Source: Squalus acanthias
Taxonomy: Eukaryota
Reading direction: 5' to 3'
Length of the DNA stretch: 64,000 nt
NCBI GenBank assembly: GCA_030390025.1
Contig: CM059432.1
Location: 128,280,001 to 128,344,000, forward strand
Shown here: piece after piece, positions 63,415 through 64,000 of the stretch
Layout of the letters: every line of letters begins with the position of its first letter
How positions within the stretch are numbered: the first letter of the stretch is position 1
Made by a program: the position numbers and the translations under genes
The notes under the pieces: model-generated
What the model saw: the letters and a program-made list of their open reading frames with translations, nothing else
What the model was told of the DNA's origin: nothing
The model's database searches: none

Positions 63415-63810
63415 GAAATACATGGAAGTTACAACATGGCCATTTGGACCAACTAGTCCATGTAAAGTGTTACACTCCATTTGAGCAAATAGTCCTAATC
63501 ACATTTAGCCACCTTGTTCCCATATCACTTTATCACCTTTTACTTTATTCATCTATTCAATCTGATCTTCAATGTTGACATTGTTTCTGCCTCAACCACT
63601 AACGCTGGAAGTGAATTCCACAGCTTCACAACTCTGTGTAAAGAAGTTTCTCATGCGCTCTCGTCTATATCTATGTATTTAAGGATAAACACATGAGGGA
63701 GAAAGGAATAGAAGGTTATGCTGATAGAGTTAGATGAAGAGGGACTGGAGGAGGCTGAGCATAAACACTGGCATAGACTAGTTGGGCCGAATGGCTGTAT
63801 ATTCTATGTA
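63415..63810. mobile_element. Two short oppositely oriented CR1 3'-end fragments
   Basis: 63680-63810 matches the 3' UTR of the CR1 at ~6940-7100; 63415-63660 is an antisense CR1 end. Similar stubs lie at ~7355, ~10846, ~30147 and ~58082. Confidence 0.65.
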
Positions 63811-64000
63811 TTTCTTACATATAATCTTGTATTCAGGACCCATCATTCTTGAACCTCAATTATTGTAAACAGTCTGCCTCTATATCCTGTCCTATCCTTT
63901 CATAATATTAAACATTTCTATCATATTTCATAATCAGCCCTAAATTTTTAAGTCTTAATATTTGTGTTTCCTCTTATCAGACAGGATCCCAATGAATCTG

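Overview
Repeat-dense vertebrate genomic DNA, most likely from a cartilaginous fish (shark), judging by the SacSINE1/Deu-type SINEs, esterase-ORF1 CR1 LINEs and Penelope elements. The only host gene I can support is the 5' half of a divergent EF1-alpha paralog on the minus strand at ~1.0-3.9 kb. It has four coding exons of 144/180/297/151 nt plus a putative promoter and non-coding exon, and its residues resemble the oocyte tRNA-storage protein 42Sp50. The rest is nested mobile DNA: three near-full-length CR1 LINEs, a second CR1-group LINE family, L2 and Tx1 fragments, two solo LTRs, Harbinger relics and MITEs, two SINE families, Penelope elements with minimal hammerhead-like motifs, a 31-bp minisatellite and a 3.8-kb polypyrimidine tract. 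Best leads: a SINE-head/LINE-body chimera that appears to have inserted as one unit, two Tx1 insertions sharing a target motif, the 42Sp50-like gene, and the hammerhead-bearing inverted Penelope. Family names come from recognition by eye, not from database searches.
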